Assembly (NCBI GenBank): GCA_951406725.2
Contig: OX597833.1
Location: forward strand, 3,782,001 to 3,846,000
DNA: 64,000 nucleotides
From: Octopus vulgaris
Lineage: Eukaryota
Direction: 5' to 3'
Of the stretch, positions 23,901 through 39,076 are shown in pieces; the first letter of the stretch is position 1; each line of letters opens with the position of its first letter. The translations under genes were made by a program, and so were the position numbers. The notes below the pieces were generated by a model that was given only the letters and a program-made list of their open reading frames with translations, made no database searches and had not been told where the DNA came from.

Positions 23901-26135
23901 CTATAGTAAAAAATAAATAAATAACCTGACACTCTATCGACTATGACGACGTGTGTTCCAGTCGATCCGATCAACGGATCAATGATATTTCGTTCACCTT
24001 TATGTTCTGAGTTCAAATCCGCCGAGGTTAACTTTGCGTTTCATCCTTTCTGGGTTGATAAATTAAATACCAGTTGCGTACCGGGATCGATCTAATCGAC
24101 TGGCCCTCTCCCCCAACATTTTGGGCCTTGTGCTGAGAGTACAAAAGAATATTATATACACATAAAGGCAGAGAGCTGGTAGAAACGTTAGCACGTTGGG
24201 CGAAATGCGTAGCCGTATTTCGTCTGCCGTTACGTTCTGAGTTCGAATTCCGCCGAGGTCGACTTTGCCTTTCATCCTTTCGGGGTCGATAAATTAAGTA
24301 CCAGTTACACACTGGAGTCGATATAATCAACCTAATCTGTTTGTCTGTCCTTGTTTGTCCTCTCTGTGTTTAGCCCCTTGTGAGTAGTAAAAAAATAGGT
24401 ATTTCGTCTGTCGTTACATTCTGAGTTCAAATTCCGCCTGGGTCGACTTTGCTTTGTATCCTTTCGGGGTCGATAAATTAAGTACTAGTCAATAAATTAA
24501 GTTCTGAGATCGATGTGATCGAATTACTCCTCCCCACAAATTCCAGGCCCTGTGCTGCCTAGTATGGAAAGGATTATTTATAGTTTAGTTAAGGCGGCGG
24601 GTTAGCAGAATCGTTAGGGTGGAGGGCAAAATTCTTAACTGAGTTACATCCGCCTTTACCTTCTGAGGTCAACTTCATTTTATACTTTCGTGGTCAATAA
24701 AAGAAGTACCAGTTAAGCACTTGGGTCGACTTAATTGACCTGTTCTTCCTCTGAAATTGCTTACCTTGTGCCATTATTTATAGATTTAATGTTGTGCTTC
24801 GATATATTCTAAAAGAGAAAAAAGAAGAAAAATCTCTCTCTACCTGAATACATATTTGCGTGTATATATGTGCGTATTGTTAAATGGTGTTTCACGATAT
24901 ATTTGAATTATGAGATCTCTTTTTATCTAATAATATTACAATTATATTATTATAAAATCGAATGACATTATACTTCTTGTAATTTAAAAGACTAAAAATT
25001 AGTTAACGATTACGAAATAGTTGACAGCTTTGAATGTACAGCTTTACTAAGATCTCATATGACATTTAAAGACAACAGCAATTTTACCAACAGTCCATCT
25101 CGTTTGCTAATAAACTCAGTCAAAAACTAATTAATTCTCGTATGTTAAACTATGTTATTTAGACACTATTATTCTTAGAATTATACAAACAGTCAGTTTA
25201 TACTATAGTACAATGGACGCCATAAAATTTCAGAAACTAACGTCTAAAAATTACTGTTGATACAAACTTACTTTTTAGTTTAGAACGAAACAAACAGCCC
25301 CTTTTTAGGAAACCAAATAAAAAGTTCGAGTACATAAATATCGCCTCAAACCATATCCTCTGAATATTATAAATTTTGTCGAAAATATTATGTACCGCAT
25401 ATTACTTCCTTTTCAACAAAGCAGTTTCTTATGATAAAGAAACGCTGAAAAACTTTGGTTTTAAGAATAAAATTAGCTGTATAAATGATGATAATCCTTT
25501 CTACTCGAAGCGCCAGGCGTCAAATTTGAGGTCGGGGGGATTACATCGATCCCAGTGCGTAACTGGTACTTAATTTATTTACACCGAAAGGATGAAAGGT
25601 GAAGTCGATCCCGGCGGCATTTGAACTCAGAACGTAAAGACAGACGAAATACCTATTTCTATTTCTTTACTGCCCACAAGGGGCTAAACACAGAGAGGAC
25701 AAACAAGGACAGACAAACGGATTAAGTCGATTATATCAACCCCAGTGCGTAACTACTACATATATAATCGACTCCGAAAGGATGAAAGGCAAAGTCGACC
25801 TCGGCGGAATTTGAACTCAGAACGTAGCGGCAGACGAAATACCGATTTCTTTACTACCTACAAGGGGCTAAACACAGGGAGGACAAACAAGGACATACAA
25901 ACGGATTAAGTCGATTATATCGACTCCAGGGCGTAACTGGTACTTATTTAATTGACCCCGAAAGGACGAAAGGCAAAGTCGACCTCGGCGGAATTTGAAC
26001 TCAGAACGCGGCAGACGAAATACATATTTCTTTACTACCTACGAGATTCCGAGTTCTATTCCAAGCAGTGTGAACAACAACAACAACAACGAAAAATACC
26101 TTAGGAATGAGAATCCAGGTTCGAAATTTACCCAA

Positions 26136-26181
26136 GACACCTGATGAAGGCGGGAGGGTATATCAGCCGAAACGTTGTGTT
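26136..26181 (+). ncRNA. Minimal type-I hammerhead motif (canonical core, loopless helix III)
   Basis: GACAC / CTGATGA / A / GGC...GCC / GAAAC-GTT / GTGTT. Confidence 0.6.
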
Positions 26182-27812
26182 AACAACAAACAAGATAAGG
26201 ACAAATATCCGTCAAATGTAAATAATTCCTCATCTCTTAAATGTAGAACTGGATAAGCAATAGATCAGATGATCTTCCCATTTCAAGGCGGTAAGTCTCT
26301 AATCTGGTTAGGGATTTGCAGCGATACTTTCTACATGGGTAACCTGATGAAATCAGTATGAGACTCGGGGCTTTTTTTACCCCCAATTTGAGGTCGGGGA
26401 TCACAACCGGGCGGAATACAAGCTATATAGCCTAAGCAACATGTGGAAGTGAGATTTTAGCGTCTTTAGACCTGAAATTAACTCCATATTCAGTCTGATC
26501 ATGGTGGAAGCGACCATTCGTAAGAATAGGCACACCCGGATTTCTTCGGGGTACCATATCTATCGATCTGTGTGCCAAGCCAACAAAACATTTGCATGAT
26601 TCATTTTGATTCGAAAACAATGTCATAATATATTGACGCCCATACGGTGAAGGAGACTGTCTCCCGAAACAAAGAAACGATTTAAACAAGAAATACGATA
26701 CAGAAATGAATCTTATCTGACACGAAGATTTCACTACAAAGAAACTTCGCAATTACTAAACAAGATTTTCGTCTGTCTTATACGTTCTGGGTTCAAATTC
26801 CACCTAGGTCAACTTTGCTTTTCATCCTTTCGGGGTCGATAAATTAAGTACCAGTTACGCACTGGTCTCGATCTAATCGACTGGCCCCTCCCCCAAAACT
26901 TCGGGCCTTTCTACGAATTCTGTTTAAGGCAGCGAGCTGGCAGAAACGTTAGCACGTCGGGCGAAATGCTTAGCAGTATTTCGTCTGCCGTTACGTTATG
27001 AGTTCAAATTCCGCCGAGGTCGACTTTGCCTTTCATCCTTTCGGGGTCGATAAATTAACCATCAGTTACACACTGGGGTCGATATAATCGATTTAATCCG
27101 TTTGTCTGTCCTTGTTTGTCCCCTCTGTATTTAGCCCCTTGTGGGTAGTAAAGAAATAGGTACTTCGTGTGCCGCTACGCTCTGAGTTCAAATTCCACTG
27201 AGGTCGACTTTGCCTTTCATCCTTTCGGGATTAATGAATTAAATACCAGTTACATACTGGGTTCAATATAATCGACTGGCCCCTTCCCCCAAAATACATA
27301 CAAATATACACACAATACATACATACACTTATACATACATACATACATTCATACATGCATACATACATACATACATACAAAAACATACATACATACAGTA
27401 CACGTGCGTACATATTCACGCATAACACATATTCAAATTCTATAAACATATACACACATACACGTACAGATATACATGCACATGTACGCATATATACATG
27501 CACATATGCACGATTATATGCGCATATATACTCATATACACCCGCATACACTGACATCCACCCACCTCCACCCGTCCTGTTACAATCTTTTATTGACACA
27601 AAAGCACCGGTTTGCAGACAAGCACCGACTCTACCTCCCATCCGCTTCCTTCCCTGCACCCGATTAATCCCCGTTGGTACTATGTCACCTTTGTATGAAT
27701 ACCCGTCCCGACCATCCGTATGCCACCCGCATACCACCCGACTGCGAAAAGGCATTTCACTTCGCTCATTCACAGAAGAGAAACCAATTGCTTTGATACG
27801 CGCGCGCACACG

Positions 27813-27862
<50 letters not shown>

Positions 27863-27991
27863 ACACCACTCACACACACACCACACACACACACACACCA
27901 CACACACTATATGCATATATATATATGCATGTATATATACATATATATGTTGGTATGTACATATATGTATGTATATATGCATATATTTATA

Positions 27992-28054
<63 letters not shown>

Positions 28055-28287
28055 CATATATAAATTTAGAATGATAAGGGTGAAACATTGAATATTAATT
28101 TGATTAATATCAATTTAAAACCAGTGGTCTAGTATATAGAAAGATCTGAAGATTCAGAAAAATTATATTACATATCCATATAAGAGGGATTACCACTAAG
28201 TGGACATCCATTATGCTAGCAGTTGACCTCCTAGGGGATGCAATGTCGACTTAATGGTCATCCCTCTTATATATATATATATATACA

Positions 28288-28359
<72 letters not shown>

Positions 28360-28469
28360 TTATTTCATCAGCATATAAACTGTCTGACGAACGGCAACGG
28401 GAAACTCAGAGTAACAGGTTTTGTTGAATTGTCTGCTGCTTTAAACCACTAAAGCATATACCTTGTTTG

Positions 28470-28524
<55 letters not shown>

Positions 28525-28559
28525 TTGAGTATATATATATTACTTGTTTATAGGAGCAC

Positions 28560-29735
28560 TCGGAATGATCAAAAGAGTAATTGGAAATTATTTAATAATG
28601 ATTATTTCAACTGGTAGGCCACAAAACGTGTGGCCTACCAGTTGGAACAATCTTCTGCACTTCTTGCATGGATGGTAAGCCAGGGATCATTCTTAAATAA
28701 TTTCCAGTTCCCTTTTTGATCATTCCAAGTGCTCCTATAATCACTGGTATTGTAACCGTCTTGAGATGCCGCATCGTTTCGATTTCAATCTGCAAATCTT
28801 TACATTTTCTGAGTTTTTTCAAGTTTTTTTGCCGTGTTTCTATGGTCACAGGGTAAGCTCATGTCAATCAATAAACAGACTTTATTTTTTGCTCTTTCAC
28901 AATAATATCTCGTTTATTAGCTTTGATGGTCAGATCTGTATTATTATTTTGTATGTAATAGGCGCAGGAGTGGCTGTGTGGTAAGTAGCTTGCTAACCAA
29001 CCACATGGTTCCGGGTTCAGTCCCACTGCGTGACATCTTGGGCAAGTGTCTTCTGCTATAGTCTCGGGCCGACCAAAGCCTTGTGAGTGGATTTGGTAGA
29101 CGGAAACTGAAAGAAGCCTGTCGTATATATGTATATATATATATATATGTATGTGTGTGTATGTGTTTGTGTGTCTGTGTTTGTTCCCCTAGCATTGCTT
29201 GACAACCGATGCTGGTGTGTTTACGTCCCCGTCACTTAGCGGTTCGGCAAAAGAGACCGATAGAATAAGTACTGGGCTTACATAGAATAAGTCCCGGGGT
29301 CGATTTGCTCGACTAAAGGCGGTGCTCCAGCATGGCCGAAGTCAAATGACTGAAACAAGTAAAAGAGTAAAAGAGTAAAAAAGTTCAAGCTGGATCAAAC
29401 CTCGACCTCCCTGAGCTCTGGGAAGGTAAAGACGATCCAGTCTGCCTTTGGGTGGTGCATCTTATTACAAGTCAGTAGCTTGCAGATTTTTCTATCAATT
29501 TTCATTATTTCACTGGTAAAAGCTATAAAGAACAACTGGGACTGCTAAGGAATTCATGGCTAACACATTGTTATATGCATTCAGCTCAGACTTCAGGACT
29601 GCATGAACTCTTCTATAACATTCCTTCCTAACCTTCTCTTTCATGCTTGAATGCTGGATACCAGAGCCTTCATTTATTCCGAGGTATTTAGAGGTTTGTC
29701 CCTGCTCAAGTTCCTTTATCGCTGTTTCGACATCT
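28560..29735 (-). mobile_element. Degenerate Dong/R4 LINE interrupted by SINE A (28961-29380)
   Basis: KYLGINEG.GIQH..MKEKVRKE, MHHPKAD..RLYLPRAQGGRGLIQLE and the endonuclease segment DLQIEIE.M..LKTVTIPVIIGALGMIKKG. Confidence 0.8.
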
Positions 29736-29741
29736 AATTAT

Positions 29742-29800
<59 letters not shown>

Positions 29801-29809
29801 ATAATAATA

Positions 29810-29843
<34 letters not shown>

Positions 29844-29933
29844 CTTTTGTTTTCTGCCGACATAAGCAAAAACCAAATCTGGCAGACGCACAATGTAAAA
29901 GTATTATTATTTTTATTATTATCATCATCATCA

Positions 29934-30046
<113 letters not shown>

Positions 30047-30152
30047 GTTGTTGTTGTTGTTGTTATTATTATTATTATTATTATTATCATCATCATCATC
30101 ATCATCATCATTATTATTATTATTATTATTATCATTATTATTATCATTATTA

Positions 30153-30193
<41 letters not shown>

Positions 30194-30642
30194 TTAGTAC
30201 AACCCGATACTTATTCTATAGGTCACCATCGGCTGAAACAATATTAATTGAGATGAAAATGATAAGAGCATAATTGATAGAGCCATCGTTATTATTTTTA
30301 ATTTCACATTTGTTTCCCTTTTTTCTCCTTATTAATTTTGGCCCTTAAACTAAGCTGAAACAATTTTTCGCCCATCATTTGTAATTTAATAATGGCGTCT
30401 ATGGCTTGCACAACTAATTTTATGTATTAATTTCCCTCTTTCGTTCAGACATTCGCTCGGCTTGCCTCTTTCTTCTTCTTCTTCTTCCTCTTCCAGCCCC
30501 CCCCTCCTTCATATGCTTCATCTTATTCTTCTTTTCTCATTCCCTAAATGTACTCTTATTTTCTTTTTTTTATTTCCTTTTGTTTTCTGCCGACATAAGC
30601 AAAAACCAAATCTGGCAGACGCACAATGTAAAAGTATTATTA

Positions 30643-30735
<93 letters not shown>

Positions 30736-30752
30736 TATTATTATTATTATTA

Positions 30753-30820
<68 letters not shown>

Positions 30821-31021
30821 GTTGTAGTTTTATTTTTATAGCGTATTTTCACTTCACTACCGAGCGCAGCTCTGTGTGTGCCTTGGGTATGTGCTGTGAT
30901 TTGTTGTGATGCTCTGATGGTTATTGTATGGAAAGTGTTCTGCGTAGGATGTGTGCAGTGCCTAGTAGTGCAATTTAAAAAAAAAAAATTTTTATTATTA
31001 TTATTATTATTACTATAATTA

Positions 31022-31173
<152 letters not shown>

Positions 31174-31714
31174 ATTTCGCTTTGGCATAACAATACTAAT
31201 AACCTGTTGTTAGAACTCAGCATACTTATGCGTAAGTCGAATACAGAGTAGTAATAAGAAATAACGACTAAGGAATAAAAAAATAAATAATGCTAAGCAC
31301 TTCATAGACTTACAGTTGTTTCTGCTACAAAAAGCATGACACTCATAACTGAGTAACTGTGCTTCGCCCTAGAGCTACGTCGGAGAATTTCGTCCATACA
31401 TATATATATATATATCACGTGACTTTCATGGAAACTATAAAATCGTAATTACAATTACACCTGTAACATTACGACCTCTTCGGTTTGAATACTTGTAATT
31501 GCCCTCACTACTTCCATACCTATTAACCCCCCTTTTCAGGTTATCTTTACCTTTGTCCTGCTTTTAATTTTAACCCCGTCTCTTTATATGTAGGTTATAT
31601 GCTTTTCTTACTATTTTGTTTTCTTATTTTGATACCCTTACCTAATAATCTCATATCCCTTATAAATTGATATCTTTTCAGTTACTTAGGTCTATGCAAG
31701 ATTTTTATACTATA

Positions 31715-31787
<73 letters not shown>

Positions 31788-31919
31788 CTGATTTGAAAAC
31801 CCCACTAGAATGGGAGAAAGCGCTAATGAACTAAGTGATATGATATATATGTAAAAAATGTAATATATAAATAAATATCTGTAAATATAAACCATCCGAT
31901 CTTCTGATTACCTCATTTC

Positions 31920-31995
<76 letters not shown>

Positions 31996-32749
31996 TATAT
32001 ATAGATATAGATATATTCTTTTACTTGTTTCAGTCATTTGACTGCGGCCATGCTGGAGCACCACCTTTTAGTCGAGCAAATCGATCCCAGGACTTATTCT
32101 TTGTAAGCCTGGTACTTATTCTATCGGTCTCTTTTTGCCGAACCGCTAGATTACGGGGACGTAAACACACCAGCATTAGATGACAAGCGATGTTGGGGGG
32201 GGGGGACACAGACACACAAAAACACACACACACATATGTATGTATACATATACATATATACGACGGGCTTCTTTAAGTTTCCGCCTACTAAATCCACTCG
32301 CAAGGCTTTGGTCGGCTTGGGGCTATAGTAGAAGACACTTGCCCAAGGTACCCCGCAGTGGGACTGAACCTAGAACCATATAGTTGGTAAGCAAGCTACT
32401 TATATATATATATAAGAAAACAAAAAATGAAATAAGAACGTAACAGACGACTACAAAACATCCGGACAATGTGTATATGTATAAATGTCTATATATTTCT
32501 TTATTGCCCACAAGAGGCTAAACATAGAGAGGACAAACAAAGACAGACAAAGGATAGTCAATTACATCGATCCCAGTGCGAAACTGGTACTTTATTTATC
32601 GACCCCGAAAGGATGAAAGGCAAAGTCGACCTCGGCGGAATTTGAACTCAGAACGTAACGACAGACGAAACACCGCTAAGCATTCCGCCCGGCGCGCTAA
32701 CGTTTCTGCCAGCTCGCCGCCTTTTGTCTATATGCATATATGCACACAT

Positions 32750-32832
<83 letters not shown>

Positions 32833-33748
32833 CGTGTGTGTGTATAAAAGCACCCTCTTTGTATATGTATCTGTGTGCATTATTTTCAGACTATACACAC
32901 ATTTATATCAGCGCATATTTTCGAGTATTTATATTTTTATACTTCAGGTTTTATAATTGTTGTTTAAACATGTCTATGCATCACCATTATCTCAATATCC
33001 CGCTTCTGACTAATGGCTTAAAATTAATAGATACTATGTATGCCTTTCCGGATATTCCATATGTAAGTGCCTTGAGCAGTCATTATAGAAACCACCTAAT
33101 AATTAATTAATTAATTAAGTACAAGAATGGCTATTAAACCGAGTCTACATAATCTTCCCTTTTAATGTTTATAATTGATACATACATACCTTTTAGCTAC
33201 TTTGGTTATGATATCATTTTGGAATTCTTAAATTTTATTTTATACAACATAACAATGTTGTTTATAAATGTTCCACCATTGTGCCCCTAATAAATTTTCC
33301 CTGAATTGGCATCTTAAGTCTTGCCCCCTTAACTGGCAATTAACATCATGATTTAAAGTCTACTCTTACCCTGCCTCTTTTTTATAGACAGTTACTCCTA
33401 TCAAATTGACTCTTCCTAATGTTTTATTTCCTTTCTCTTGATAATATTTATGATCATACCTGACCATGAGCTGTCAACTCACTCTTGTTCTTTATTCAAA
33501 ATAGGCACAGTCTTCTAGTTTCAGATTTAATAGATGATAAAGAAATAAATACATTAGAAATTAATTACAACACTTATAACCCTATGACCCCACTATGCTT
33601 CATGTGATTCTAAGAAATTGCAGTCTATTCTTAGCCACTTTGCTACAATAGCGATAATATGAATTCCTTCCATCTTCTTACTCTGTTAAAATATTTAAGA
33701 AAAATTATATTAATATGTCCTACTTGTTAAAAAATTCCAAATATTTTG

Positions 33749-33833
33749 TGCAGCTGAAGATAGCAGTGCATTTAAATTAATGTAATGATTGCATTTTTAA
33801 TTAAATGGAGTCGCTTGAAACAGTCGCACTGCA
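33749..33833 (+). ncRNA. Degenerate hammerhead motif (cleavage triplet GCA)
   Basis: TGCAG / CTGAAGA / T-AGC...GCT-T / GAAAC-AGTC-GCA / CTGCA. Stem I is perfect but U16.1 is lost. Confidence 0.5.
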
Positions 33834-33952
33834 TCACTACTTGATATCATTTTGCTTATTTTGATTTTATTCACTTTACTTCGAGCTGTGCAAATAATAT
33901 CGGACTACCTTGGTGCTTCAACTTTAGTACCTAATTCAACTGAATCTTAATA

Positions 33953-34048
<96 letters not shown>

Positions 34049-34229
34049 AACCACTACACACATTTTTTTCTCTCCTTGTTTCTCGCCTTGTTTTTTTCTG
34101 CGTCCCTTTCTGTAGAAGAGCGTAGGCTCGAAACGTAAAAGACTTTTTCAATTCCTGAGCGTTATACTAATACATCTGTTTGTTTTGTACACCACCTGTC
34201 TTCGTCTTTTGTTTTTTTCGTGAATTCTA

Positions 34230-34274
<45 letters not shown>

Positions 34275-34276
<2 letters not shown>

Positions 34277-35820
34277 GGGAAGCTTTATGAAAATAAACAA
34301 AAGACGAAGGCAGGTGGAAAACAAACGAACAATTGTATTAGTATGGCGCTCAGGAAATATAAATAAAACAAGTCTTTAACGTTTCGAGCCTACGCTCTTC
34401 AACAGAAAGATACACAGAGAGAAAAAAAACACAGAAAGAAGGAGAGAAAAAAAATGCGTGCAGTAGCTAACGAATCAACATGGCGATCTGATTTCGGCCA
34501 GAGGTTAAAGATCAAACATGAGACGCGAGAGCGAAATAAGGGGAGATAATAGGGTTGAGGGACCAGCTAATAGTGCGTAGGAGGGGTCTGGTTGTGTGTA
34601 TGTATAGGGTTGGTGTATGTATTAGTATGTATAAGGGTGTGTGTGTGTGTGTGTGTGTGTATGAGAGAGTATTAGTGCGTAGGATTGGTCTGGACGTGCG
34701 TATGTATGGGGTTGGTGTATGTATTAGTATGTATTAGTACGTATTAGTATGTATAAGTGTGTGTGTGTATGAGAGAGTATAAGTGCGTATGCGGGGTCTG
34801 GACGTGTGTATGTATAGGGTTGGTGTATGTATTAGTATGTACTAGTATGTATTAGTATGTATTAGTTGGTGTATGTATTAGTATGGCACATCATATGTGA
34901 TGTGATGTGTAAAGTCATGTGGTGTAGTGAGGAGAAGAGGGGGAGGGGGAGAAGAGGGGGAAGAGAAGGGGAGGGGAAGAAGAGGGGGAGGAGAGGGGGA
35001 AGAGGAGAGGATGGGGGAGAAGGAAGGGGAGGAGGGGGGATGAAGGAGGAAAGAGGGAGAGGGGGAGAGAGAAGGGGAGAGAGGGAGTGAGGGAGTGAGG
35101 GAGTGAGGGAGCAGAGGGAAGGGGAAGAGGGAAGGAGGGAAGGAGAAAGAGGGAAGAAGGGAAGGGGAGTAGGGGTGAAAGGATGAAGGACTGAAGAAGT
35201 AGGGGTCGGGGGAAAGGATAGGTGAGGAGGGGGAGAGGGGGTTAGATGAGGAGGGGGGAGAGTTGAGACCAAATGGCGTATAAGAGCGAAGAGAGAAGAT
35301 TAATTCCTGTTCACGGCGCAAACGGGAATCCGGATGGCCTCTGTGTAAGGACAAACCGAACACAGATAGGTGTTGCAAGGAGTGACCGGTGGAGCGGAAA
35401 TGGCGTGAGACCGGTGTGTCGTTCGCAAGGTGGATGTCACGAAGGTGTTCCGCGAACCGGTCAGCCAAGCGGCGTCCCGTTTGTCCGATGTACAAGGAAT
35501 TGCAGAGAGAGCAAGATATGCAATAGATAATATTGCTGGAGGTGCAGGTGAAGGAGTGGATGATGGGATAGGGTCGATGGTGGGTGCTAGTGAGGCGGGT
35601 GGTGTTGGAGAGGTAAGGGCAAGTGCGGCAACGTGGGCGGGAGCAGGGGAACGAGCCGGGTTGGGAGGTAGGGTCAGGGAAGGAGCTATGGACCAAAAGG
35701 TCTCGAAGGTTGTGGGCTCGTTTGAAAGAGGGGAGGGGTCGGTTAGGGAAGAGGTGTGAAGTGGACGGGTCGGACTGGAGATGACGGAAAGCTCGAAGAA
35801 TGGTATTAGGAGATCAATAT
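34275..35820 (-). mobile_element. Penelope-like element (Neptune-type), 3' part: GIY-YIG endonuclease, 3'UTR and hammerhead-bearing terminal repeat
   Basis: SFKRAHNLRDLLVHS, CSRPRCRTC, FTCTSSNIIYCISCSLC..LYIGQTGRRL.DRF.EH, VSRHF, REQELIF.L....PFGLN. Hammerhead motif at 34373-34410. An inverted related terminal module lies at 34045-34232. Confidence 0.88.
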
Positions 35821-36868
35821 CAAAACTCCCCAAAAAGATATACACATGTGAAAAATAATTGTGGTATTAAAAATATTTAAATAAATAAATATAAATATGT
35901 ATAAAAATATAATGTATATGAGAGTTTAAAAGTTTTGAATTAATTATTCAAAGCATCTAGATGTTTTAAATAATTAATTCAAAACTTTTAAACTGTCATA
36001 TACGTTATATATATTTCTTTACTACCCACAAGGGGCTAAACACAGAGAGGACAAACAAGGACAGACAAACGGATTAAGTCGATTATATCGACCCCAGTGC
36101 GTAACTGGTACTTTATTTATCGACCCCGAAAGGATGAAAGGCAAAGTCGACCCAGGCGGAATTTGAACTCAGAACGTAGCGGAAGACGAAATACCTATTT
36201 TTTTTACTGCCCACAAGGGGCTAAACACAGAGAGGACAAACAAAGACAGACAAACGGATTGAGTCGATTATATCGACCCCAGTGCGAAACTCGTACTTTA
36301 TTTATCGACCCCGAAAGGATGAAAAGCAAAGTCGACCTCGGCGGAATTTGAACTCAGAACCTAGCGGCAGACAAAATACGGCTACGCATTTCGCCCGGCG
36401 TGCTAACGTTTCTGCCAGCTCGACGCCTTTAACTACCATTATACATTATATATTTATACTTAGAGAAGAGAGAGGGAGAGTGAAAAAGTGGAGAGGGAAA
36501 TGACCAAAACTATTTTTAAATCTAAAGAAAAAAAGATAAAAGCGTAGGGAACGGTCAATATACAATTTGATAAGGGTTTCTGACGAATGTCGTAACTAGA
36601 TATATTTTTCGTGCCTTTTTTTTTAAGAAGAAACATTCCTGTGATCCACCCTTCAGCCGATTCTGCTGCCAACTTGCAAAATCATTCATGCCGAACGGAG
36701 AAGTATCGAAGACAACCAGTTTTAGTCACGACCGAGAAAATAAATAATGAATGCTTTACAAATGGGAGAGAGAAAGATGCAGATAAGGAAAGATGCAGAG
36801 ATAAATAGATCGGTCGATAAACAGCCATGTACGTCAGAATGCATGATTGCCTGTACACCTGTACATAC

Positions 36869-36907
<39 letters not shown>

Positions 36908-36920
36908 TGTGAGTACTTAC

Positions 36921-37007
<87 letters not shown>

Positions 37008-37160
37008 CACATACACACATATATATATACATATATACATATATATTACAATATATACACTTATGTATACACATATATCTATATATACACACGTATATAC
37101 ATACATATATGTGTCTACATACATATATATATACACATATACATATATATATGTATGTGC

Positions 37161-37204
<44 letters not shown>

Positions 37205-37206
37205 TT

Positions 37207-37278
<72 letters not shown>

Positions 37279-37672
37279 CAGTATATACACCTATGTATAC
37301 ACACATATATATATACACATGTATATACATACATATGTGTGTGTAATAAATGCATTCGTGTGATCGTGTCTACGTGTATATATCGCATCATGAACCTGAC
37401 TATCGGATGTTGTTTTAAATCGCTGGTCATGCAATTTTGCATCGTGTTAGCTTTGGAATGATGTCACCCCGAAGGGCAAGGCTATCAGGCCAACATTCCT
37501 CTCGATAGGAGGGCTTTGTCATCGCAGGGTCACCCTTTTGCAGCAGAGTGAAATTAAGTGTTTTGCTCAAAAATACAACGTACGTCCCAGTCCGGGAATC
37601 GAACTCACGGTCCAGCGGTTGTCAGTGCAACACCCTAATCACTAGGCAACGCGCCTTCACCACATACATACA

Positions 37673-37703
<31 letters not shown>

Positions 37704-37735
37704 GCACGCACGAACCTCCTACGCACATACGCGCG

Positions 37736-37778
<43 letters not shown>

Positions 37779-38223
37779 ATATATATATATGACAGCGCTT
37801 GCTTGCAGAAGATTTAATCAGTAAGACAGACAGATATCAGACACAATCAGGTAGAGAGGCAGACCGACAGTGAACTTGTCCGTCAGTCCGTCAGTCTGTC
37901 AGTCCGTCAGTCTGTCAGTCAGGTAAATCATCAAAGCTAGAATCACATCACTTAAACATCGTTTGAACACCACCGCAGACAGGTGCGTACGTAAAGTGCG
38001 CCTGTCATTCTTCTTACCTGTTTATTATCATCTCACTTTGATGTGATATCAGTGAGACGCAGGGAGCGTAGACAACTAGACAGAGAGAAAGAAAGGATAA
38101 AAGAATCAAAGAAAAGGGAACCACTTTCCCCCCTCCTCCACCAAAATAAGGGGAATTAAGGAAGAGTAAAAATATACAAAGATATATGAAAGCAAACAGT
38201 AACAAATTCAGCGAAGGTTTATA

Positions 38224-38317
38224 ATGAGGGTCCTAACTCTCGAAGATCGTCGACCCCTCGTCGTATTATTACTGATCCTGTGTAATGTAGGAACCAGTTC
38301 CACCAGCAAAGACACAG
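38224..38317 (+). CDS. PKHD1L1: Fibrocystin-L-like gene, coding exon 1 (signal peptide)
   Basis: MRVLTLEDRRPLVVLLLILCNVGTSSTSKDT plus G, donor CAG|gtaagc. Phase 1 matches the exon at 53335 (G+AT = Asp). A purine-rich putative 5'UTR lies upstream. Confidence 0.65.
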
Positions 38318-39045
38318 GTAAGCTAATTAATGAAATTATTTGACGAGTTCCAATTTCCTAAGTTGTTGCTTTTCTTTCAATAATTTTTTGTCTTTTCTAA
38401 GGCAGAATCGTTAGCACGCCGGGCGAAATGCGTAGCCGTATTTCGTCTGCCGTTACGTTGTGAGTTCAAATTCCGCCAAGGTCGACACTCTATCGACTAC
38501 GATGACGTGTGTTCCAGTCGATCCGATCAACGGATCAATGATATTTCGTTCGACTTTATGTTCTGAGTTCAAATTCCGCCGAGGTCAACTTTGCTTTTCA
38601 TCCTTTCGGGGTCGATAAATTAAGTACCAGTTGCGTACCGGGGTCGATCTAATCGACTGGCCCTCTCCCCCAACATTCTGGGTCTTGTGCTTAGAGTACA
38701 AAAGAATATTATATACACATAAAGGCGGAGAGGTGGCAGAAACGTTAGCACGCCGGGCGAAATGCGTAGCCGTATTTCGTCTGCCGTTACGTTCTGAGTT
38801 CGAATTCCGCTGAGGTCGACTTTGCCTTTCATCCTTTCGGGGTCGATTAAATAAGTACCAGTTACGCGCTGGGGTCGATGTAATCGACTTAATCCGTCTG
38901 TCTGTCCTTCTTTATCCCCTCTGTGTTTGGCCCCTTGAAACAGTTATTATTATCATCACTGCTATTATTTTGGTCATAATCGCCATCGTCGTAGACCTTG
39001 TCATCGCTATTGTTTGTCATCGTGGCCTTCATGATTCCCACCACC

Positions 39046-39076
<31 letters not shown>

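Noticed and set aside
25495-27292. CRISPR-like array of repeats
   Set aside because: The units are ~180-nt SINE bodies without unique spacers, there are no cas genes, and the context is eukaryotic.
38018-38075. 58-nt internal coding exon on the minus strand (VYAPCVSLISHQSEMIIN)
   Set aside because: The apparent polypyrimidine tract is the complement of the purine-rich leader of the plus-strand gene and the peptide is unrecognisable. Only the donor is kept as a hypothesis.
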